A program made the translations under genes and the position numbers. The notes below the pieces were generated by a model. The model did no database searches. It worked only from the letters and a program-made list of their open reading frames with translations, and was not told where the DNA came from. Shown in pieces: positions 51,027 to 60,395 of a stretch of 64,000 bases of DNA; within the stretch, counting starts at the first letter, position 1; each line of letters opens with the position of its first letter. The stretch is from an uncultured Acidobacteriota bacterium (GTDB lineage Bacteria; Acidobacteriota; Blastocatellia; RBC074): positions 1,408,001 to 1,472,000 of the forward strand of contig CAWCKY010000003.1 of the NCBI GenBank assembly GCA_963796275.1, read 5' to 3'.

Positions 51027-51433
51027 TGGATTGCGATTTGCGAGTTAAAAGGAAGTCTTTTAAAATGTCCGCAAATCTTGTAATCCGCAATGTTAAGATT
51101 GGATTACAGCAACAGGATAATGCCTAGTTTAACCTTCAGGATAACTCCCCTGGTTGTCACCCGCCTTCGAACGAAGACGGGAGTAATATGGTTTGAAGCG
51201 TCGTGTCAAAGCTTTTGTCAGAATAATGATTCATTGGGATCGGTTTTGTTGATCCCACATAACAAATGGGTTCTCCGACACCCTCAGCTCGATTCTTCCC
51301 GTCAATTTCCCAAGATTATGGAAGCAGGCCTGGTTGAGTCGCACAGGTTAAGAAGTGTCCGAACCTCAGGATATGGTTATTGGTCGAAGCTCGATAGAAG
51401 CGGAAGACCGTTGAACTAATTGAGGAGGCGCAG

Positions 51434-52564
51434 ATGTCATTAGATGATCGCATGGGATTGAATTTTACCTTCGACGACGAGCCCCCGAGCGCCGGAGCGC
51501 GCATCAAGGTGATCGGCATCGGCGGTGGCGGCGGTAATGCCGTCAATCATATGATTGAGGCGCAAATTGACGGGGTCGAATTCCTGGTAATAAATACGGA
51601 TTTACAGGCGCTTATAAGGTCACACGCGCCGGTCAAATTGCAGATCGGGGGGAAACTGACCAAGGGGTTGGGAGCAGGCGCGAACCCCGAGATCGGGCGC
51701 GACGCCGCACTAGAAGACACCGAAAAGATACTCGAAGCTCTCGAAGGAGTCGACATGGTTTTTGTGACGGTGGGACTGGGAGGCGGGACCGGAACCGGAG
51801 CCGCACCGATCATCGCATCGCTGGCGGCCGAGCTCGACGCGCTCACCGTCGCGGTCGTGACCAAGCCATTTCCCTTCGAAGGCCGCCACCGGCTGCGACA
51901 GGCGGAGGCCGGAATGGAAGAACTGCGGTCGGTCGTTGACACCCTGATCACAATCCCGAACGAACGACTCTTACAGGCCGCCGATCGCAATATGTCACTC
52001 GGCGATGCTTTTCAAATGGCCGATGATGTTCTGCGCCAGGCAGTCCAGGGTATCTCTGACCTGATCACCATACCCGGGTTCATTAACGTAGATTTTGCCG
52101 ACGTCCGCGCCATCATGAAGGGAATGGGGATGGCGCTGATGGGCACCGGCCACGCCGTGGGCGAGAACCGTGCTATGGATGCAACCCAGCGGGCGATCTC
52201 GAGCCCGCTCCTCGAAGAGGCATCGATCAATGGGGCAAAAGGCGTCCTGGTCAACATCACAGGCGGCCCGGACCTCACCCTGTTTGAGGTCGATGAGGCT
52301 ATGAAGGTCATTCACGATGCGTCGGACCCTGAAGCCAACATCATTTTCGGCACCGTGCCCGATGAACGTATGCAAAACGAGATGAAGATTACGGTCATCG
52401 CGACGGGATTCGAGACTCAGCCAGCTGAGATCGTTCATGCTCTTCCGGTGCGCTCGAATAATATTGCCGGCGGAACCAATTCGGGTTCGCGAACCTCGAC
52501 ACCCAGCCCACGGCCACCGGTAGACCTCGACGTGCCCACCTTCATCCGCAGAAAGGCGGATTAG
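51434..52564 (+). CDS. ftsZ: Cell division protein FtsZ
   Basis: [25 protein letters not shown]-terminal LDVPTFIRR. Confidence 0.99.
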   Translation: MSLDDRMGLNFTFDDEPPSAGARIKVIGIGGGGGNAVNHMIEAQIDGVEFLVINTDLQALIRSHAPVKLQIGGKLTKGLGAGANPEIGRDAALEDTEKILEALEGVDMVFVTVGLGGGTGTGAAPIIASLAAELDALTVAVVTKPFPFEGRHRLRQAEAGMEELRSVVDTLITIPNERLLQAADRNMSLGDAFQMADDVLRQAVQGISDLITIPGFINVDFADVRAIMKGMGMALMGTGHAVGENRAMDATQRAISSPLLEEASINGAKGVLVNITGGPDLTLFEVDEAMKVIHDASDPEANIIFGTVPDERMQNEMKITVIATGFETQPAEIVHALPVRSNNIAGGTNSGSRTSTPSPRPPVDLDVPTFIRRKAD

Positions 52565-52575
52565 CGGAAAGGCAT

Positions 52576-52745
52576 ATTGAAAATTGAGAATTGAAAGATG
52601 AAAGATGAAAGATGAAAGTTGATTTTGATTGTTGATTGTTGATAATGCATGGTTGATAGCTGGTAGTTGGCGATCGGCGATCGTCCGAAACCATTGACTA
52701 TTGACTATCGACTTACGATTATCCATTATCAATTGTCCATTTACC
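52576..52745. repeat. Degenerate inverted heptamer arrays after ftsZ
   Basis: (GAAAGAT)n and (TTGATTG)n followed by complementary (ATTGACT/ATTATCC)n. Confidence 0.7.
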
Positions 52746-53109
52746 TTTGCCTCATCTCCCTTGCATCGATGGAATTGATAAGGTAGCATTGCGTCATCAA
52801 CGAGCAACAGTATTGAGTTATATCATCAAGGTGCCGAGATCAGGTACCAGTGTTGATTCCCGTCAGGTTCCTCCGTTGATCTCTCGTGGGGAAGTTCTCA
52901 TATCCGCGTTATGTTTGGGGATAAATTATATCGCCTCTTCTCGCTCCCTATTGTGATTGGGCGACCATTGAAATTCTTTCGATAACGCGTAAGACCTACG
53001 TGGAAAAAACAGAGGCCCACGGCTCGGTGCTGGGGCATATTTTCTGGCAGGAGTCCGGCTGCCTCGGATAAAATGAATAAAAGAATGGCCTCGAAGGAGG
53101 AGAAGACAA

Positions 53110-53598
53110 GTGAACCGCAAATTGATTCGAACAACGTTAGCTGAAGTTAAAGAGAGGGAATTACAGGCAAGGGAAGCACGGCGCACTCCGGAGCCCCCAC
53201 GCGAACGGGAAAGGGATCGAGATCGTGATCGAGATCGTGATAGGGATCGTGATCGTGATCGAGATCGAGATCGAGATCGTGACAGGGATCGTGATCGAGA
53301 TCGGGAACCGATGCATCAGCCGCGGGAATCCCAATCGTCGCAACCATCACAACCAAAGAAGAAGATTCCGCCGGAACAGACTAACGCCGAGAGTTTTTAC
53401 TATAAAAAACAGATGGATTCGCATACACCGATGGTGATCGTCTTGCAGGACGATGAAAAATTGGCGGGAACCATTGAGTGGTATGACAAAAACAGTATCA
53501 AATTGCATCGCCTTGACGGGCCGAACCTGCTGATCCTCAAACATAACATCAAATATATGTACAAAGATCAGAAGGATGACGAGGAGAAGGAAGATTAG
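53110..53598 (+). CDS. Hfq/LSm-like protein with an N-terminal RD-dipeptide repeat
   Basis: GTG start after AAGGAGG. The C-terminal domain [28 protein letters not shown]...[10 protein letters not shown] resembles Sm1 and the Sm2 [Y]KHAI motif. Confidence 0.8.
   Translation: MNRKLIRTTLAEVKERELQAREARRTPEPPRERERDRDRDRDRDRDRDRDRDRDRDRDRDRDRDREPMHQPRESQSSQPSQPKKKIPPEQTNAESFYYKKQMDSHTPMVIVLQDDEKLAGTIEWYDKNSIKLHRLDGPNLLILKHNIKYMYKDQKDDEEKED
53200..53307 (+). repeat. Coding hexanucleotide repeat (RE)2(RD)15(RE)
   Basis: Arg codons vary (CGA/CGT/AGG/CGG/CGC), alternating with GAT/GAC/GAA. Confidence 0.95.
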
Positions 53599-53618
53599 CC
53601 ACAGCATATCGCTCTGGT

Positions 53619-54659
53619 ATGACTGAGTCGAATAGCAGCCAAGCGGCGAGAGAAAAGCCGCGAATCGGAATTACGATCGGTGATCCGGCCGGCATTGGCC
53701 CGGAAGTCTCACTGAAGGCGGTATGCGCGCAGAAAGTGCTCGCCGCCTGCACGCCAGTCATCATCGGAGCTGAAAAATACCTCTCGCATTGGGCAAAAGT
53801 ATTCGAACTCCCTCACAAATTCAGGGTCATCAAAACCGGGGAACCATTACCATCCGGTCTGACTGAGCCGATCATTTACGACCTCAACAATATCTCCGAT
53901 TCTCCCGGCTCGATTGCTATGGGCCAGGAACGGGCGGAATATGGCAGAGCTGCGGCTCAATTCATCGAGGCTGGCGTCCGCCTCTGTCAAACGGGCCAGA
54001 TCGATGCGATAGCCACAGCGCCGATCAATAAAAAGTCGTTCAATCTGGGTGGCTACAATTTTCCGGGTCACACCGAATTCCTCGCCCATCTGACTGGAAC
54101 CGGGGAATTCGCCATGGCTTTCTTCTCGCCCGCTCTCCGAGTAGCATTGCTGACCATCCACATTCCCCTGGCCGATGTTTCAGGTTACGTCACGCAAGCC
54201 GAACTCGAGAAGTTGATCAGATTGGTCAATCGCGCGCTCACGTGTTACGGATTTGATCATCCGCGGATCGCAGTGGCAGCGCTCAATCCGCACGGGGGCG
54301 AAGGGAGCCTCTTCGGCTCCGAAGAAGCGTCTGAGATGATCCCGGCTATCAGGAATTGCCGGGAGAGAAATGGGATCGATGTAAGCGGCCCGCACCCTGG
54401 TGATACGGTATTCCTACGCGCATCGCGCGGCCAATTTGATATTGTGATTTCGTGCTATCACGATCAGGGGTTGATCCCGGTCAAATGCCTTTCATTCGGC
54501 GAGGCAGTCAATGTCACGCTCGGTCTGCCGTTCATTCGCACTTCCGTTGATCACGGCACGGCCTTCGATATCGCCGGTCAAGGAAAAGCGGACCCGGCTA
54601 GCATGGTCGCAGCAATCGAGTTAGCCGCAGATCTGCTCGAAAGGCAAAAGGCAAATTGA
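53619..54659 (+). CDS. pdxA: 4-hydroxythreonine-4-phosphate dehydrogenase family
   Basis: GDPAGIGPE, TAPINK, GHTEFL, LNPHGGE, YHDQG, RTSVDHGTAFDIAG. Confidence 0.95.
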   Translation: MTESNSSQAAREKPRIGITIGDPAGIGPEVSLKAVCAQKVLAACTPVIIGAEKYLSHWAKVFELPHKFRVIKTGEPLPSGLTEPIIYDLNNISDSPGSIAMGQERAEYGRAAAQFIEAGVRLCQTGQIDAIATAPINKKSFNLGGYNFPGHTEFLAHLTGTGEFAMAFFSPALRVALLTIHIPLADVSGYVTQAELEKLIRLVNRALTCYGFDHPRIAVAALNPHGGEGSLFGSEEASEMIPAIRNCRERNGIDVSGPHPGDTVFLRASRGQFDIVISCYHDQGLIPVKCLSFGEAVNVTLGLPFIRTSVDHGTAFDIAGQGKADPASMVAAIELAADLLERQKAN

Positions 54660-54814
54660 TATACGATAAGTTGTAAATACTTGATAGTGAACGACATGTA
54701 ACCGTAGACTATCCTTTATCAATTTAGTATCAATTTGGCTCGTGCCTACTGCCTTTTGCCTCTTTGCCTTCACACAATCATATCCGTCCGCTCAATTCTG
54801 AATAGACGCCGCCT

Positions 54815-55552
54815 TTAGCGCCGCCCGCCCTTTTTCTTGGCAACCCGCTTGGCCGTTTTCTTTGCCGTAGCCTTTATTGTTTTCTTGGCAGATTTCTTGG
54901 CAGATTTCTTGACTGGCTTCTTGGCGGCTTTCTTCACCGGTTTCTTGGCGGCTTTTTTCGCGGCTTTTTTGGCCTTCTTAGCCGGCTTTTTAGCTGCAGC
55001 CTTAACGGCCTTCTTGGCAGCTTTCTTCGCCGGTTTCTTGGCGGCTTTTTTCGCCGGTTTTTTCTTCGCAGCAGCTTTGACAGCCTTCTTCGCGGCCTTC
55101 TTGCGCTTCGCGGCCGGAGCTTTGGCGGCGGGCGCGGCCGGGATCACAGGTTCGGGTTCTGGAATGAGAATGATCGGCGTCGGTTCGGGAAGAGTGCTCA
55201 CCACAATAGGTTTCGCAAATTCATCTTCTTCATCATCGTCGTCGTCGTCATCGTCATCGTCATTATCATTCCATTTGATTTCATCGCGATCCCAGGTAGG
55301 ACGAGCGGGCTCTTTGACCAATCCATTGTCCTCTTCAATCTCGAAATCGTCATTGTCATCGTCGTCCTTGGTGAAATCGTCGTCATCCGAGTCCTGTTCT
55401 GAATAGTCATCATCGTAGTCCCACGGGTCGCGATTGTCGTCATCGAACTGCAGTGTATGCTGACTGCCACTTTGTCCGGGAGCTGAATACTGTTTCTCCA
55501 GATCAAATTCTCCTACATTGAGTTCTTCTTTCTTACTATCTTTCTTGTCCAT
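54815..55552 (-). CDS. Histone H1-like protein with an acidic N-terminal half
   Basis: AAGGAGG SD; D/E-rich N-terminus; Pro-rich linker; repeated PAKKAAKK C-terminus. Confidence 0.8.
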   Translation of the reverse strand: MDKKDSKKEELNVGEFDLEKQYSAPGQSGSQHTLQFDDDNRDPWDYDDDYSEQDSDDDDFTKDDDDNDDFEIEEDNGLVKEPARPTWDRDEIKWNDNDDDDDDDDDDEEDEFAKPIVVSTLPEPTPIILIPEPEPVIPAAPAAKAPAAKRKKAAKKAVKAAAKKKPAKKAAKKPAKKAAKKAVKAAAKKPAKKAKKAAKKAAKKPVKKAAKKPVKKSAKKSAKKTIKATAKKTAKRVAKKKGGRR

Positions 55553-55643
55553 GGTTATCCTCCTTGGAAGCCTTTAGAATCGGCCTCGCCGGTTTCAATT
55601 CAAGCTGAAATTAACTGTTTTACTGCCGGTAAAAAGCGGCGGG

Positions 55644-55652
55644 ATTATAGCA
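55644..55652 (-). promoter_or_regulatory. Extended -10 promoter of the H1-like gene
   Basis: Minus strand TGCTATAAT about 90 nt upstream of the ATG. Confidence 0.55.
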
Positions 55653-55859
55653 TGTAGAATCACAGCCGCTAGTCGGAAGTGCAGATTATGGACGATCTAC
55701 ATCATATTGAAAAGTCCATTTTTGACGGTAATTTTGCCATTTCTTAATAAACTCGTTATTGATAGAATCAGGAAAATCCCGTTCCGTATTCTGCATTCTT
55801 CGACCCCAATGCTAAAATGGCAAGGCTTCTGCTCCAATAGTTGAGAGTGAATACTGATA

Positions 55860-56966
55860 ATGAAACCCGAGACTAAGGTTGAAAAAGTAAGAATAGGACT
55901 GATTGGAACAGGTTTTGCCCGGAGCGCGCAGGCTCCGGCTTTCAGGCTTTGCGAGGGCGCCGAACTCGTAGCTGTATGCAGCGGCCAATATGCTAACGCA
56001 GTCCGAACAGCGCATGAATACGGTATCAAATATGCCTGCGAAAATTACCAAGAGTTGCTTGCGAAAGAGGAGGTATCGCTCGTCGTAATCTCCACGCCCC
56101 CATCGTTGCACCATCAGATTACGCTGGCGGCGCTCGATGCTGGCAAACACGTGATCTGTGAAAAACCGATGGCGATGAACGCAGCTGAAGCGCGCGAGAT
56201 GACGGAGAGCGCGGCATCGCATTCGGGTCAGCTTGCCATCATCGATCACGAGCTGCGTTTCAATCCCACCTGGAGGCGGATGAAAGAGCTGGTGGATGGC
56301 GGTTATCTGGGCGACATTTATCACGTCAATGTGCTTATCTCCTCGGGATTTCGACATTCCGCGCAGCGGCATTGGAATTGGTGGTCCGAAAAATCGGCGG
56401 GCGGCGGTCTGCTCGGAGCGCTCGGATCTCACACGATCGATGCCCTTCATTGGATTTTCGGGGACATCGAAGAGGTCTGCAGTCAGGTCGATACCCTGGT
56501 TCCGGAACGGAGAGACGCGAAGACGGGAGAGATGAAACCGAATGAGACCGATGATTACACATCCATTCTAGTGCGTTTCGCCCCGCGCGACGGACGGCGG
56601 TCGAATGGGGTGGTCCTGCTTTCAGCGCTTTTTGCGAGCGGCGGGAAGAACCAGGTGGCTGCGATCGGCAGCAAAGGGACGCTCGTCATAGAAGGGGAAG
56701 AGACGCTCATCGGCGCGATGGGCTATAATCATCAGTTCGAAGATATGTCACTAAAAGATCGGGCGCGGGAGATATCGGTACTACCCGACAACATCTGGGC
56801 GCGTTCTTTCTATCATCTGGCACGTGAAACCGTTCAAGCTTTGCGGGAAGGGCGCACCGAGATCGCACAAGCGGCGACATTCACCGACGGACTGCGTTGC
56901 CAGGAAGTCCTCGATGCCGTCCGCCGCTCACACGATGAGCAACGATGGATCAAAGTTCGAGAATAA
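55860..56966 (+). CDS. Gfo/Idh/MocA family oxidoreductase
   Basis: GLIGTG, GKHVICEKP, GGGLLGALGSHTID. Confidence 0.93.
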   Translation: MKPETKVEKVRIGLIGTGFARSAQAPAFRLCEGAELVAVCSGQYANAVRTAHEYGIKYACENYQELLAKEEVSLVVISTPPSLHHQITLAALDAGKHVICEKPMAMNAAEAREMTESAASHSGQLAIIDHELRFNPTWRRMKELVDGGYLGDIYHVNVLISSGFRHSAQRHWNWWSEKSAGGGLLGALGSHTIDALHWIFGDIEEVCSQVDTLVPERRDAKTGEMKPNETDDYTSILVRFAPRDGRRSNGVVLLSALFASGGKNQVAAIGSKGTLVIEGEETLIGAMGYNHQFEDMSLKDRAREISVLPDNIWARSFYHLARETVQALREGRTEIAQAATFTDGLRCQEVLDAVRRSHDEQRWIKVRE

Positions 56967-57063
56967 TTGATAGCTCGTATAAGGTGATGCCATCACCGTG
57001 TAGATCAACTTAAAACTATCAATTATCAATTATTTCATTATTTTCTAGGAGTAAATAAAATAT

Positions 57064-57270
57064 ATGGCAACTGTGAAGCGTTATAGCGTCTACTGTCAAA
57101 AATGCAATCAAAAATTTCCTGTTTTCGCTGCGCTGCATCATTCGATACAAGCAGATGCTTGGCTCAAGGAGAAAGCAATCAATCACGACTGTAAAGCCTT
57201 CGCTGATCAATTAGCGAAAGAACGGGCTCCCCGTCCGATCAACCCGATTAAGGCATCAAAGAAGAGCTAA
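57064..57270 (+). CDS. Small hypothetical protein with CxxC...HxC
   Basis: AGGAG upstream; 68 aa containing YCQKC...NHDC. Confidence 0.65.
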   Translation: MATVKRYSVYCQKCNQKFPVFAALHHSIQADAWLKEKAINHDCKAFADQLAKERAPRPINPIKASKKS

Positions 57271-57376
57271 TCAGAAACCAGGAAATAGACGGGATTTACC
57301 GGAGTTTTCCAACCTGGATCACTGAATCCTGACAAATCTTGTAAATCCTCTATTTCTGAGGAGTAAAACAAAACAC

Positions 57377-57607
57377 ATGACAGCGAAAATCACGGTTAAC
57401 AATAATGGTTCATTAAAAATCGAAGGAGAGATCGAAATCTTCGACGGCAACGGGAATAAATACGATTTGGCCGGTCGGACGGTCATCGGCCTCTGCCGCT
57501 GCGGACAGAGCAATAACAAACCATTTTGCGACGGCTCGCACGGACGCTGCGGGTTCGAGTCGCAAGTCATCGCAACTATCCTGCCCGCTCCCAAACCAAA
57601 GGTGTAA
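57377..57607 (+). CDS. CDGSH iron-sulfur domain protein
   Basis: LCRCGQSNNKPFCDGSH; GAGGAG SD. Confidence 0.95.
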   Translation: MTAKITVNNNGSLKIEGEIEIFDGNGNKYDLAGRTVIGLCRCGQSNNKPFCDGSHGRCGFESQVIATILPAPKPKV

Positions 57608-57634
57608 CCCCATAACCATCAGGACTCAACGACC

Positions 57635-58783
57635 ATGACCAAACCAGTCTCCACCACCGGCGCCGGATTGCGCGACGTAGTCGCCGCGCCGAGCAGTATC
57701 TGCTTTATTGATGGCGATAAAGGAATTCTCAACTACGGCGGATATAATATCCATGAACTGGCTGAGCATTCGACGTTCGAAGAGGTCGTTTACTTGCTTT
57801 GGAATGGACGGTTGCCGAAACGTCGCGAGCTGGATGAACTGAATTCCGCGCTCATTGAAAACCGCAAGTTGCCGGCCGAACTTATCGCGCTGATCAAATC
57901 TTTTCCCCGCGATGTAGTTCCGATGGACGCACTGCGTACGGCGGTCTCTGCGCTCTCCTTCTACGATCCGGATCGCAACGATAATTCGCCCGAAGGAAAC
58001 CGGCGTAAAGCGATCAGGCTGACCGCCCAGATCGCGAGCGTGGTCGCGGCGATAGATCGCATCCGTCACGGCCAGTTGCCGCTCGACCCGGATCCGAAGC
58101 TCTCGCACGCGGCCAATTTCCTTTATCTGCTCAATGGCAAAGAGCCGCTCGATGTCGAAGCGCGCGCGTTCGATATTGCGCTCATCCTCCATGCGGACCA
58201 TGAATTCAACGCCTCGACCTTTGCCGCTCGCGTGACCGCGGGTACGCTGGCCGACCTGTATGCAGCGATCACATCGGCCGTCGGCGCTCTCTCCGGGCCG
58301 CTGCACGGCGGAGCGAACGAGCAGGTCATGCGGATGCTGGTTGAGATCGGTTCGTTCGAGAAGGTCGACAACTACGTCAATCAAAAACTAGCGGCCGGAG
58401 AGAAGATTATGGGAATCGGGCACGCCGTCTACCGTACGGAAGACCCGCGCGCGACACACCTGCGCAAGATGTCGAAGGAGATCGGCAAGCGGCAGGGCGA
58501 TACGAAATGGTTCGATATGTCGTATCGCATCGAGGAGCTTGTAGTTGAGGAGATGACCAGGAAGCTGAAGCCGATCCGCCCGAACGTGGATTTCTATTCG
58601 GCTTCGACTTACTACATGCTCGGCATACCCATAGATCTCTATACTCCGATCTTTGCCGTCAGCCGCATCTCGGGCTGGACGGCCCACGTGCTCGAGCAAT
58701 ACGCGAACAACAAGTTGATCCGTCCTCGTTCAGAATATACTGGCGAGATGGGGTTGAAATACATACCGATTGATCGACGATAA
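57635..58783 (+). CDS. Citrate synthase (short type)
   Basis: LHADHEFNASTF, GPLHGGANE, MGIGHAVY..DPRA, PNVDFYS, LIRPR. Confidence 0.96.
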   Translation: MTKPVSTTGAGLRDVVAAPSSICFIDGDKGILNYGGYNIHELAEHSTFEEVVYLLWNGRLPKRRELDELNSALIENRKLPAELIALIKSFPRDVVPMDALRTAVSALSFYDPDRNDNSPEGNRRKAIRLTAQIASVVAAIDRIRHGQLPLDPDPKLSHAANFLYLLNGKEPLDVEARAFDIALILHADHEFNASTFAARVTAGTLADLYAAITSAVGALSGPLHGGANEQVMRMLVEIGSFEKVDNYVNQKLAAGEKIMGIGHAVYRTEDPRATHLRKMSKEIGKRQGDTKWFDMSYRIEELVVEEMTRKLKPIRPNVDFYSASTYYMLGIPIDLYTPIFAVSRISGWTAHVLEQYANNKLIRPRSEYTGEMGLKYIPIDRR

Positions 58784-58787
58784 AGCT

Positions 58788-59021
58788 ATGGCAAACGTTG
58801 TTATATACACAAAACCCGGTTGTCCCTACTGTGCAAAAGCAATGGCCTGGCACAGGGAGCAGGGAATTGCATTCGAAGAACGCAACGCCCAAGACAACCG
58901 CGAATATCGCAAGGAAATGTTCAGGCATTCTGATAATGACCCGACTGTGCCCGTCATCGTAGTCGATGGCAAGCTCAAGCAGATAGGATGGGAAGGGCGC
59001 GGCTGAACGGTTCACGATTAA
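58788..59021 (+). CDS. Glutaredoxin-like protein; probable selenoprotein (Sec at TGA 59004-59006, otherwise ends at 59006)
   Basis: YTKPGCPYC, TVPVIVVDG, C-terminus IGWEGRG-TGA-TVHD-TAA, with a downstream hairpin. Confidence 0.85.
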
Positions 59022-59038
59022 ATCAACCGTGAGTTGAT
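59022..59038 (+). promoter_or_regulatory. Candidate bacterial SECIS hairpin
   Basis: ATCAAC-cgtga-GTTGAT. The loop begins after 21 nt following the UGA and has G at loop position 2. Confidence 0.5.
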
Positions 59039-59285
59039 CGAATAGAAGCGGCGGATTTACCGCGATCGTGAAAGTTCAGCATATATCGAGCATCTAGAGG
59101 CTAGCCGTCAAGTACAGCTAACTTCTCGGTCGGCGTCTCTGATTTTCGGGGAGTCGTATGTTTTTCGCCCTGGCCAGCCGATGTTTAGTTGATACGTTGG
59201 ATAATTGGGCAGAAACGCCGTAAAGCGGTAACAGTTTAGGCGCCACGTATTAAATAATCCCAGCTTTCCGAAAGCCTGTCGCCTT

Positions 59286-60395
59286 ATGCATTTCGAACAT
59301 GACCAATCGTCGCTACCGACGCGCCGCCACATTTTACGGGGCGGCATCACAGCCGGTGCAATCACTCTCTTTGATGAGACGGTACCGCGCACGGTTTATG
59401 AGCGAGATCGCAGCGCGATAACGGATGTCGCAGGAATCAAAGTCGGCCATTTCACGGATTCGCGCAAACCTACGGGCTGCACCGTCATCCTCGTCGAAGA
59501 CGGCGGAGTCGCAGGAGTGGATGTGCGCGGCGCAGCCCCGGGTACCCGAGAAACCGATCTCCTTGATCCAATCAACACTGTGCAGGAAATACATGCCATC
59601 GCGCTTTCAGGCGGCAGCGCATACGGCCTCGATACGGCATCAGGCGTCATGCGGTATCTTGAAGAGCGCGGAATCGGATTCAAACTTGGAACTGCCGTGG
59701 TGCCGATTGTGCCGGCGGCGATTCTTTTCGATCTGGCGGTGGGAGACCCGAAAGTTCGTCCGGACGCTGAGGCTGGGTACAAAGCCAGTAAGGCGGCGTC
59801 GAGCAATGCGCCGGCTGAGGGCAATGTTGGTGCTGGTGCGGGCGCGACCGTCGGAAAACTCTTTGGGATGAAACGTGCGATGAAGAGCGGCATAGGTACA
59901 GCGGCGATCGGATTGGACAATGGGAAATCAGGGCGAAATCGCCTGACCGTCGGCGCGATCGTCGCCGTCAATGCGGTTGGCGACGTTCTCGATCCGGAGA
60001 CGAGGAAGATTATCGCAGGCGTCCGCACGCCCGACGGTAAATCTATACTGGGCACGATGAAGGCGATCCTTCGCGGTGATCAATTGCCGCCCTCGCTCGC
60101 CGGAACATCGACAACCATCGGAGTAGTGGCGACCGACCTCAAACTCGACAAAGCGCAGGCTACCAAGGTCGCCCAGATGGCGCACGATGGGCTGGCGCGC
60201 GCAATCAACCCCATCCATACTCCTTATGATGGAGACACGATCTTCGCTCTCGCGACCGGGAAATCGGCACAGACCCCCAATTTGACATTGATCGGCTCGC
60301 TCGCGGCTGAAGCGATGGCGCGGGCTGTGGTCAGGGCGGTGCGAGCGGCCCGAGGGATCGATGGACTTCCGAGCGCCACAGACCTTATTGGATGA
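59286..60395 (+). CDS. P1/S58 (DmpA-like) peptidase
   Basis: ITDVAGIKVGH, DVRGAAPGTRETD, SGGSAYGL, EGNVGAGAG, STTIGVVAT, HDGLARAI.P.HT.YDGD. Confidence 0.93.
   Translation: MHFEHDQSSLPTRRHILRGGITAGAITLFDETVPRTVYERDRSAITDVAGIKVGHFTDSRKPTGCTVILVEDGGVAGVDVRGAAPGTRETDLLDPINTVQEIHAIALSGGSAYGLDTASGVMRYLEERGIGFKLGTAVVPIVPAAILFDLAVGDPKVRPDAEAGYKASKAASSNAPAEGNVGAGAGATVGKLFGMKRAMKSGIGTAAIGLDNGKSGRNRLTVGAIVAVNAVGDVLDPETRKIIAGVRTPDGKSILGTMKAILRGDQLPPSLAGTSTTIGVVATDLKLDKAQATKVAQMAHDGLARAINPIHTPYDGDTIFALATGKSAQTPNLTLIGSLAAEAMARAVVRAVRAARGIDGLPSATDLIG

Noticed and set aside
53200-53307. GATC-dense tract as an oriC/SeqA-type methylation cluster
   Set aside because: It is explained by Asp-Arg codons (GAT-CGN) within an ORF, and there are no DnaA boxes or AT-rich unwinding element.
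54837-55406. Hydrophobic 189-aa plus-strand ORF (AAFFAGFL repeats)
   Set aside because: It is the antisense reading of the PAKKAAKK repeat and has no SD.
55818-55833. Sigma54-like TGGCAAGGCTTCTGCT before the Gfo/Idh/MocA gene
   Set aside because: The spacing is right, but it overlaps an equally plausible extended -10 (TGCTAAAAT) and no activator is nearby; too ambiguous to call.
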